In this document: positions 11,801 to 23,589 of the stretch, in pieces
How positions within the stretch are numbered: the stretch's first letter is position 1
Layout: each line of letters begins with the position of its first letter
Source of the DNA: Antechinus flavipes
Lineage: Eukaryota
Assembly: GCF_016432865.1 (NCBI RefSeq)
Contig: NC_067398.1
Coordinates: 55,490,001 to 55,554,000 of the forward strand
Direction of reading: 5' to 3'
DNA: 64,000 bases
Translations under genes and position numbers: made by a program
The notes under the pieces: generated by a model
The model's input: the letters and a program-made list of their open reading frames with translations, nothing else
Told to the model about the DNA's origin: nothing
The model's database searches: none

Positions 11801-14800
11801 TAAAGTTTCTTTTTAGACACTTCAATCCAGCTGATATCTCCATCTGCTGATTCATTTTAGGGCTCCTCTAAAGCATTATGTCTGTAATTTTAAGGACCCA
11901 ATATTCATTAAATGCTGTGCTAGACACTAGGAACCAAAATACACAGAATAAAACCATTCCTACTCTCAAGAAGCAGACGAGTACATATAAAAATAATGCA
12001 GCACAAATATGAAGTGAATAAATACAGATACAAACTAGCTCAATCTAGGATTGTCTGAGATTTCCAACAGCCCAGTTTTGTGGCCCTTCAGTGTTTATAA
12101 CAATTTGACATTCTTATCCATTCTTTGCTTTATAAGCCTTGGCCAAAAGCAACAACACTCTGATCCAACACAGACAGCTGCTTCTAAGAGTCCTGTATCT
12201 CTGGGCCACGATCCACCATCTAGTGTGATCCCGACTCAGCGTTCTTTCCCTTTGGCTCAGTTTGACTTTTGCAAGATTTTCCAGATTTCCCAGGGCTCTT
12301 GAATCCATCCCAGCCTTACTTATTCTTCTCTATTTTTTCTTGCAGCTGTGCGCTAAGTAATGTCAAAAAGGTTTCTCTGGAACTGGGAGGAAAATCTCCC
12401 CTCATCATCTTTGCAGACTGTGATCTGAACAAGGCTGTCCAAATGGTAATTTTACTGATCTTTTATTAATAGGGGTAGATGTGGGTGACCTAGATGGAGC
12501 CCAAAGTGGGAAAGGAAGAGCTCAAGTGAGGCTGTAGGGAAAACAAATGAGGTATGCAAATCCCAAATAAGCTACTGGTGGTGCCATAGTGCACAAAGTA
12601 CAGGACCTGGAGTCAGGACAGTTCATCTTCATGAGTTCAGATTGACCTCAGATATTTACTATGTGACCCTGGACACAGTTTTGGGTCAGTCCACCATGAC
12701 ACTCTGCCTTGTATATCTTTTCCTTCATCCTTTCCCCATGCCTTATGGTATCTCCTTGCCTCAGTTTCTTCATCTGCAAAATGAGCTAGAGAAGGAAATG
12801 GCAAATCACTGCAGTATCTTTGCCAAGAAAACCCCAAATATCACAAAGAGTCAAATACAACTGGAAAATAATTGAAAAACAGCAAATCCCTAGAGAGTTG
12901 GCATTAAGTTTATAGAATGCTAAGCTATAATAATAATACTATTATTAATTATTGTGATTGAGGTACCAACTGATGTGGTTTGTAGACACTAGGTAATATG
13001 AGTTAGGAGAGCACCAAATGTTGGAGTTCAATCATGTGAAGAATTCACAATGACCATTCTCTTTAGTAAAAGGTAAGTTTATTTAAGAGAAAAGGTTACA
13101 GACAAAATGAAGAGGTACAGAAGACACCAGAAATGGTAAATATGAAATAGACTTGGGAGAGTATATAGTTAGTAAAGAAATTTTAGACATTTCAGGGTTA
13201 GAGAAGAGATACCATAAGGCATGGGGAAAGGATGAAGGAAAAGATATACAAGGCAGAGTGTCATGGTGGACTGACCCAAAAGTTCAGCAAGGATGATGTG
13301 AGTCATAGCCATATTTATAGGGGAAATTTAACCTCAGGGATTTGATATAACTTGAATTTCTTGACTAGACACAGCAAGATGGGGCTATCCATTGCTAGGG
13401 GGAGACCTCCACAGAGGGTGAGACTACGAGGCTAAACTGATTCCTATCAATGCCCTTCCCCAAGGAGCAATTCCATCAATGCTTCATTCTTTCTCTGCTA
13501 ACAGTATCCAGGAACTCATTATAACTAATAAATAAATAAATAAATAAAACAATAATATTTATATAGTACTTTAAGTTTTACAAATATTATCTCACTTTAT
13601 CCACACAACAATCCAGGGTGGATGGGTAGATACAACTATTATGCCCATTTTAAGATGAGGAAATCAGAAGATAAATTAATCAGTTTAACGCCTTCATTTT
13701 ATATAGAGAGAAACAAGCCCAGAGAGGAAAAGTAAGTTGCCTTAGATCATTCAGCCATGTAGTGGCCAACCCAGGATTACAGTCCAGCTCACAGAAGCAT
13801 GGATCTTGGAATCAGGGGTCAGTATGGCATGGTAGGAAGAACACTGGATTTTAAGTCAAAGGATCTTAGATCCAAACCATGAGGTCCTAGATCTACAGCT
13901 GGAAGGGATGTCAGAGGAGACTCATTTTACAGATGGGGAAACTAAGGCCCAGAGAGGTCTAAGTGACTTATTTCAGATCCCACAACTAGTTGGCATCAGA
14001 AGCAAAATTTTATCCCAGATCCTCAGACCCTGGAGACACAGTCCTTTCTACTATACTCCATGGGAGTTTGCATTATGACTCCTAAGTTGGTTTCCAACTG
14101 TAGAATCTGTGAATCTGTGGCCTAATTGGACAATCTTGTCTTCTAACATTGCTTTTCATCCATGTTGGCTGCATAAAAGGAGAATGGTGGTGGTGGTGGT
14201 GGTAATAGTTTAAGTTGGTGGGAGGAAACATGTTTAGCGCCTCCCTCACAAAGACCATTCTCTTCTGATCTGCTCTCATTATTGTCCAAACTCGGTCCAA
14301 CATCTGTCTCCAATAATGTTAATCAGCCTGCCTCGCAATTCCTTCGTGGAGAAATGCTTCCTTCCCAAAATGCAGAAAGGAAATGAGATCTCCAGTCCTG
14401 AGTCTTGCTGGGAAATGAAAGTAATAGAATTCTAGAAACTCAGGATTGGAAGAGCCCCCAGAGGTCTAAACCTAACCCTCACCAGCGGAGAGGAGGTTAG
14501 TGCTCCCCTGCATTTGGGAACAGTTACTTTGCATGCCCTATTTTCCTCCATGGGAAATTTCCCAGCCCTCTTTTCTCTACCTCAGTCAATAGAGAAGAGG
14601 AGGGACAAGGAAGGGGCAGCTTCCAGACTTCCCAAGATCCTGTTCTCTGCGTACTTGAGGGAAGAGGAGGAGGGAGCTGAGAAAGCTTTAGTTTGGCTGT
14701 ATTAAAAGTAACAAGTTATACTTCCCCAGCACTACAATGACAACTTTGTAACTCTACAGTTACAAAGTACTTGAATATCCATTTTCTAATTTGATGTTTA

Positions 14801-17800
14801 CTACAGCTCTCTGGGAGGGACATACAAGTGTTGATCCCTATTTTCCTTATGAGAAAACTAAGGTTCAAAGAAATTAATACTTGCCAAAATCACACATCTA
14901 GTAAGTGGTGAAGATAGACTTAATCTCAGTCCTCCTGATGCAAAGTCCAGTGTTCTTTCCACTGATAACAATAAAAATTGGGATAAAGATAAGGCTAGAG
15001 AGTGGATCTGTGCTCTCATTGATATGAGGAATCCCAAGTGAGAAAACTCCAAACCAAAGCAGAGTGGCACTTTCTCTGAGACTTGCAGCTTTATAAAGTT
15101 GCTTAAGGCACTGACAGATGAAGTACTTTTCCCAGAGTCACACAGCCAATATGAGAGACATAGCAGTATCAAAGGAGACATTGAGAGATCAAGCCAAGAA
15201 CAATAATAATAATGGGCATTAATATAGGGTATCCCAAAAGTCTCAGTGCAGTGCTTTTAAATATTGAAGCCTAAAACTGCATCATTTGGAACAGTCTATA
15301 ATGTTTTCTTTAGCTATAACACTTTTTTGTAAGTTTATTTATTTTTAATACATATTACTTTATGAATCATGTTGGGAGAGAAAAACCAGAGCAAAAAGGA
15401 AAAATAATAGGAGAGATTTAAAAACAGAAAAAAGAAGTGAATGTAGCATATGTTGATTTACTTTCACTTTCCTTAGATTTTTTTTGGATGCAGATGGCAT
15501 TTTCTGTCCAAAGTCTATTGGGATTGCTTTGGGTAACTAAAACACTTTATATACTTGTCCCTAACAACCCTGTAGGAGGAGGTAATACAAGTGTTATTAT
15601 TCCCATTTTACAAATGAGGAAATTGAAGCTCAGGGAAATTAAATTACTTGTCTGTAGCCACACAGCTACTAAGCAAACAGACCTAGGAATGTGTGTGTGT
15701 GTGTGTGTAGGTGTATATGTAATATGAATATATATACATATACACACAATATATATAGTGTGTGTGTATACAGAGAGAGAGAAAATAAATCAAGGTTAAG
15801 TGACTTGCCCAGAGTCACACAGCTAATAAGTATTTGAGGTTAGATATGAACTGAGGTCCTCCTGGTTGGTGTTCTATCTACTGTACCACCCAGCTATCCC
15901 TAGAAGCATATATTTAGAACTGAAAGGGGCCTTAGAAGAGACTTTGTCATTTTGCCAGTGAAGTATTATAGCCCAGCATCTTTCCAAGATCACATAGATA
16001 TAACATGGCAGAGCTGGAGGTTTCAAGCTGTAGCCTCTTGTGGTCACTTTTAGCGTATCTTTAAAACAGAAAACTGACTCCTGAAGTTGTCAGAGTGGAA
16101 GAACACTGGCTTTGAGGTCAGCAGATCTGAGTTCAAATCATCCCTCTGTCACTTTGGACAGGTTACTTGAAGAGCTTAGTTCTATTTCTTGTATCAGTAA
16201 AATGGGCGAGGGGGAAGAGTCAGACCATATGAGTCCAAGGTCCCTTCTGGCTTTAAGTCTAGAGTTGTGTGACCACAAAAGGAGGGAACGAGTCAGGGAT
16301 AGCCCCTCATAAAGGCTGCCCTCAGATTTGGGTTTTTGAGCTCTGCCAAGCTCTCCAGCACCCCTCTTCCCTGCAGGATACCTGGTTGCAGCTGCCTCTA
16401 TACCATGATGTTTCATTAAGGTAGTTGGAGGCTCTGGGTAGTACAGAGATTGGGGTGGATTTTTGGTCAGGCACTTGTGGTTAGTTTCCTGTCTGTTATG
16501 GTACCCCTAGGTGTTGGCTAATGTCGGAGACCCAGCTGAAACAGAGTGTGAGCATGTGAATGGAGGTTTTAAGAAAAAGTTAGGGCAAGGGTACTGTTAT
16601 TTCTTAGTCATTTTCAGCCATGCCTGACTCTTTGTGACTCCATTTGGGGTTTTCTTGGCAGAAATGCTAGAGAAGAGTATCATTTCTTTCTCTTGGTTCA
16701 TTTCACACGTGAGGAAACTGAGGCAAACTGGGTTAAGTGACATGCCCATGGTCACACAACTAGTAAGTGTCTGAGGTCAGATTTGAACTCAGTAAGAGGA
16801 GTCTTCCTATCTTCTATTGTACTAACAGCTATTTAAGGTGATCTAAAAACAAAATGTCAATTTAAAAAATAGCAATTATGCCTCTTTACCAACAATGAAG
16901 TGGTTTGTGGGCCCTGGAAAATGGACTCATTGCTTTGATAGAGGGAGGAAGGCAGATAAAGATCATGGGGAAATGCTTTCTCATCTGCCCAGCGATTTAA
17001 TACTTGTTCTTCTGTCCAAAGGGGATGAGTTCTGTTTTCTTCAATAAAGGTGAAAATTGCATCGCAGCAGGACGCCTATTCCTGGAAGATTCAATTCATG
17101 ACCAGTTTGTCCAGAAAGTGGTGAGTTCTGACTCCACCTTTGAAGGTGGACACATTTCATTTGGGATCCTGCCCATGTCCTGGTAACATCCTCCAAGAAG
17201 CCCATCCTGATTTCCAGCCCTGCCCCCACTAACTCCACAAATTTGTGACAGTCTTTCCCTTTCACATAATGCTTAGATGCTTCTCCAGTGCTTTTAATGT
17301 AACACTGTCTATTATAATCACCTTTTTGGAGTATCTCATTACTCACCTACTGGATGATATATCCTTGCAGGATAAAGACAGTGTCGGATCTAATCTACCT
17401 CCTCCAATATTTAAAACAGTGGTTTATTCATAGTAGATGCTTAACAAATAACATTTATTACTGTTAATCAATTGTCCAATAATTTTGAACATTTATTATG
17501 TACAAGGCCCTATGCTAAGCATTGAGCCTGCCCTATTACAGTCTGATGGGAAAAATTTTACCTATTATGTGTGTATATACACATGTCTATTATATACAAA
17601 TATACATTTATACACATAGTGCATCTATGCACACATACAAATACAAAAGTTTGTATACATATAAGTGTGCATATATTTATATATACATATGTATATTTAT
17701 GTAGGGGTGTGTGGTGTAGATAACTGTCATATCAGAAAGTATAGTCAAGTCCCAAATGAGAGTACAGAAGAGCTCACAGAATGGAGAGATCAGGTTAGAA

Positions 17801-17854
17801 GATGGACCTGGCCTCCTAATTCAAAGTCCTTAATTCTCATGACCTGTACATTCA

Positions 17855-17904
<50 letters not shown>

Positions 17905-19017
17905 CTTGATCACCATTACTCATAAAGGTTCCACTTCCATTATCAAATAGCTAGCAGTTCTTCTCTTGGAGTGCACACAACTTCCTCCCTATCCATCCTT
18001 TCCTGTTCTCTCATGCCATCATCCCTGCACTGAATTTACTCCTCTTCCTTCTCACATTCAACAATATGACTCTTTACACTGCATGCTCTATTCTTAAATC
18101 CCCTGCCTCTTTATCCCAACACCACTTATGTCTGGATGAAGCCCAATCTTCATTGTTTCTCCCATACGCCTTCTGTGCTCCTTCTTACTTGCTGCTGAAT
18201 TATGCTGGCCTCTGAGTCTGCTACTAATTTATTTGTTCTCCCAAGCCTGGGCTGTACTTTCTTCTCACCTCCTCCATCCCTTCAAATCTCCAAACTTCCT
18301 TCAAGGTGACCCCCCTCCTACAAGAAGACTTCCCTACACCCTTCAGCTAGTAGAGTGTTCTCACTCTACAAAATCTCCTTGTATATACTTTGCATTGATT
18401 TTGTCTGTGCATGAATTATATTCTTTCTTCTCAGGCTCCATCCTTCTTGCGAACAGAATCTGTTTAATTTTTGGCTTTTTATTTCCAGAACCTATAACAG
18501 TGGATGGTACATATTAGGTACTTAATATTTGATTAATTGAATGAAAGCTAATTTATTCCAACTTTAAGGAAGGATCAAAATTAGATAAATAGATGGGGAG
18601 AAAGAAGGAAACTCCCATATGAGAATAACAGCTCCAACAAGCTTAGGGCTGTGGTTGTAGAAGATAACAACTCACATTTATGTAATGCTTTATGGTTAAC
18701 AAACTGCTCCCAAAGTGCCGGTTGAGCCCTAGGGCTGCTTTGCAAAAAGAGCTAAAGACGAGTTCTTAAAAGGTCAAGAAGCTCACAGCTCTGTTAAATC
18801 AAATCCATTGGCTAAAGAATGAGAGGTGAGACTCCATCCAGCCGGCAATAAGCTTCAGACTGAGAACCAACTTTAGAAGGGGCAGGGGCCAGCCACACAA
18901 AGGAAGAGCAACCAAGGAAGAAGAAGGCCTAATTTTCTGGAAGCAAAAGATAAAGTTGGAGAGAAAAGACACTATAAATGTTTTCACTTTCCCCAGTGAT
19001 TACTATCTTTCCACACA

Positions 19018-19052
<35 letters not shown>

Positions 19053-22000
19053 CCCATATCCCTACATTGACTAACAGATAATAAAAAAAAACCCTTTTAG
19101 ACATCTAACAAACTGCTTTTCCCATAACAATTTTATTAGATAAACAGTGCAAATGCTATTAGTTCCATTTTACGAAGCAACCTTGATACAAGTTACGATT
19201 ACAAGACTTTATTATGGTTATAAAGCTAGTAAGCATCAGAGTCAGACTTCAAAACCAGGTTTCATGGTGGTATGTATATTTGGTGAGTTGTCTAAACTGG
19301 CCAGGGTAGATCATAGAGAAGAATGAATGAAGTATTTATTAAACACCAACTATGTGCCAGGCCCTGTGATAGGTACTTATAATAAAATTCAGTTCCTGCC
19401 CTCAAGAAGTTAACATTCTATAAAGAGAAGATGGTACCTAGGGGTGGGGGTGGGGGGCAGCTAAATAGTACAGTGAATAGAGTACCAGCCCTGAAGTCAG
19501 GAGGACCTGAGTTCAAATGTGACCTCAGACACTTAATACTTCCTAGCTGTGTGACCCTGGGCAAGTTATTTAACCCCAATTGCCTCAGCAAAAACAAAAC
19601 AGAAAGCTAGGTGAGTGTCACGTTGTTCAGACTGGGATAGGAAACTAAGAAATTTAGTTTTTTCACTGCAGGCAATAGGGAATATTCTAGAGCAATGGAG
19701 TATAGCATGACAAAAGTGTTGTTTTAGAAATAATAATCTGTCCTTAAGATATAGAGTGGATTGGAGAGGGGAGAGATTGGAAGCAGAGAAACCAATTCTG
19801 ATACTATCTTAAGTGCTAGATGAGAAATTATGAAGCATTAAAGTTCATAGGGCTGGTGGAAATGAAAATGAAGAAGGCGAGATGGTGGTGATCCTACAGA
19901 TATAGAAAATTAGATTTAATCATAATAATAGTCAACATTTGTATAGCATTTTAAAGTTTGCAAAGCAAATAAGATTTAATCACAATAAAAGTCAATATTT
20001 ATACAGCATTTTAAAGTTTGCAAAACACTATTCCAATTTTATCATCACAACAATTCTGAGAATTAGGTAATATTATTCCCATTTTCCAGTAGAAGAAACT
20101 GAGGCAGGCTGAGATTGGGTCCCCAAAGTCACACAGCTAATAAGTGTCTGAGATTGGATATGAACTCATCTTCCTGACTCCAGATCCAGTATCTGTCTAT
20201 CAGTTGCCTCATTGACTTGGCAAATGATTGGACAGGAAAGGGGGTGGGTGGGAAAATAATAAAAGTCTCAAAAAATGACCCAGACTTGTATGACTGGGAG
20301 GAACAGGGGAACTATTGATGAAGATAGGGAAATCCACAGGAAGAAAAGACTAGATTTGAGCTGTTTCTGACCTTGAACAGGTAGGAGAAGTAAAAAAGCT
20401 AAAAATTGGTGATCCTCTGGACCGGGCTACCAATCATGGACCTCAGAACCATCAGGCCCATTTACAAAAGCTGATTGAATACTGCCAGAAAGGAGTGAAA
20501 GAAGGAGCTACACTAGTCTATGGAGGAAAACAAGTTCCGAGACCAGGTAAGCAAAATAACAAGACAACCTTGTACGGTTGTACTGCGTTAGTAAGGAAAC
20601 AGATTCCTGAGTCCATACTGCCCATTTCACAGAGCAAAGGAAGATTGGAGTGAAGGGGTTTGGGAACATTGAGTGTCAGAGCTGAAAGCCCAGCCCTCAC
20701 CCATCCCTGAGAAGGGGTGCAACTTGCCAGGAGTTACACAGCTCGTTACAGGGAGGGTTGGGATTGGAACCCCAGTTTCCTGAACCCAGAGTGAACACTC
20801 TATTCATTATACTACCCACCTGCTACATTAAGGGCAGCTAGGTGGTACAGTGGATAGACTGCTGGCCTAGAATAGGAAAAAAAAATCTTACTAGAATATA
20901 TGGCCGTGAGCAAGTCACTTAATCTCTGCCTCAATTTCCTCAATTATACCATAGAGTTAATAATAATAACAGCGTCGACCTCCCAGGGCTTTCATGAGAA
21001 TCCAATAAGATAATATTTGTAATGTGCTTAGCACAGTGCCTAGGGCATAATAGGTGCTTTTAAAATATTTGTTCTTCTTCCCCTTCATTTTATAGATGAA
21101 GGAAATGAAGTAGAAAAAAGTGATTTTCTCAAGAGCACCAGCTACTAAATGGCAGACTCAGACTGGTTGAACCTTTGTCCTCTGAATCCAAAATATATTT
21201 GTTCCACAGTACCATTCCTAATATAAATACAGCCATGAAATCCTCTGGACATGGACCCTTTTTACAAGATGGTCCTGAATCAGGAGAATAGTTCTCTCCT
21301 ATTTTTAGTGACTTACTCACAGTTGGTGTTCAATAATTGTTTTCTAAATGAATAAATGATTCCACCACTTTTCTTTTCTCTCTATAGGGTTTTTCTTTGA
21401 ACCGACCATATTTACCAATGTGCAAGATCACATGTTTGTGGCCCAGGAAGAGTCTTTTGGACCCATCATGATCATCTCCAGGTTCCCTGATGGGTATGAA
21501 TCATTGTAGGGTTTTCTCTGACTTTCCTGACACTTTGCCATTTTTATTTGGAACAAGAAAGTGACTTCTCCTAATACATGGTGAGAAAACTGCCATGGGG
21601 TGAGTGATAGAAACTTCCTCCCTAGCTCTCACCCAGAGCATCTTTCTTCCACCCAAATCTTCACAGACTTTCTAGGTCCTAAAGTCTTATGGACCTCACC
21701 ATCTTAGGGCTAGTTAGGACCAACATGGGACTGGAGCCAAGGAAGACTTAATGGAGGCCTTGATACCACTTTCTGTAGGATGAAAGAGCCTTAACAATGA
21801 ATTTGCCCAATGCCCTCATTTTACAGAGAAGAGAACTGGAGGTAACAGATGGATCATGTTCAAGGTCACAAAGATAGAGTCAGGATCTGAACTGTCTTCA
21901 GACTCCAAATCCAAACCTCCCTTTTTTTTTTTTTTTTTTTTTGAATAGGAAGGAAATTCTCTGTGCAGTCTCCAGAAGTTTTCCCAGTATTATTTTCTCC

Positions 22001-23540
22001 TTAGAAATCATTCTCACTATATTCTTCTTTTCCATTATCCTTCCTTCCTTCCTCCCTCTGTCCCTCTCTTCCTTCCTTCTTCCTGTCTTCTCCCAGCCTT
22101 CTTCCTTCCTTCCATTCTTCCTGTTTTCCTTCCTCCCTCCTTCTGTCCCTTTGNNNNNNNNNNNNNNNNNNNNNNNNNNNNNNNNNNNNNNNNNNNNNNN
22201 NNNNNNNNNNNNNNNNNNNNNNNNNNNNNNNNNNNNNNNNNNNNNNNNNNNNNNNNNNNNNNNNNNNNNNNNNNNNNNNNNNNNNNNNNNNNNNNNNNNN
22301 NNNNNNNNNNNNNNNNNNNNNNNNNNNNNNNNNNNNNNNNNNNNNNNNNNNNNNNNNNNNNNNNNNNNNNNNNNNCCTTTGTCCTTTCTTTTNNNNNNNN
22401 NNNNNNNNNNNNNNNNNNNNNNNNNNNNNNNNNNNNNNNNNNNNNNNNNNNNNNNNNNNNNNNNNNNNNNNNNNNNNNNNNNNNNNNNNNNNNNNNNNNN
22501 NNNNNNNNNNNNNNNNNNNNNNNNNNNNNNNNNNNNNNNNNNNNNNNNNNNNNNNNNNNNNNNNNNNNNNNNNNNNNNNNNNNNNNNNNNNNNNNGTCTT
22601 CCCCTGCCTTTCTTCCTTCTTTCTTTCTTCTTTCTTTCTTCCTTCTTTCTTCCTTCCTTCCTTCCTTCCTTCCTTCCTCCCTCCTTTATTTCCTTCCTTC
22701 ATTCATTAATTAATTTGGTTATTTGGTTAACTTGGAAGCAATAGCAATTTGCCTACTGTTGAGAAAATCAAATGAGATAATGAGTATGAAAGTGCTCTAC
22801 AACCATAAAATGCTACAGCAATATAAGATTTTTTTTTTTACATCTTCCCAGGGATATTGATGGAGTGCTGCAGCGTGCCAATGCCACAGAATTTGGACTG
22901 GCGTCTGGGGTCTTCACCCAGGATATTAACAAAGCCTTGTATGTCAGTGATAAACTTCAGGCGGGGACTGTGTTCATCAACACCTACAACAAGACAGATG
23001 TGGCCGCCCCATTTGGCGGTTTCAAGCAGTCTGGATTCGGGAAGGACTTAGGTAATAACAAGATGCTGCACTTCTGTTTTAGTGGAAGCCGCAGTGAATC
23101 TGGAGTCTCTGGATAATTACCAGCTTTTGTGGCTCTAAACAAGTCACTTAACCTTTGTTTGCCTCAGTTTCCTCATCTGTAAGATGCAGATAGCAGTGCT
23201 ACCTCAGGGCCATTATGAGAATAAGAGGAGATAATATTTGTAAGGTACTTTGTAAATCTTAAAGAGTTAAGTTGTAATTATTATTAATTCTGACTTTGTG
23301 ACCCTGGGAAAGTCACCTAATCTCTAAGTATTCTGGACAGCTTTCTCAGACTGGAAGCAGGGAAGTGAGAAGTGCCAGTGAGAAAGTGCCCACTTGCATT
23401 TTTAGAGATTTCCTCACCTGAAAGTTATCTCTAATAATGAAATCTCAGGTGCGGTCCCTGTCCTTTCCTTAGGTAGACAAAGCATGTGAAATTATAGCTA
23501 TTTTACAGAAAGAGAAACTGTAAGCTCAGAGAGCTGAAAC

Positions 23541-23589
<49 letters not shown>

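Noticed and set aside
711-22595. Missing ALDH1L1 exons hidden in the intronic N gaps
   Set aside because: The eight visible exons join in frame and give the expected residue count (Glu673, Cys707 and Tyr902 fall in register)
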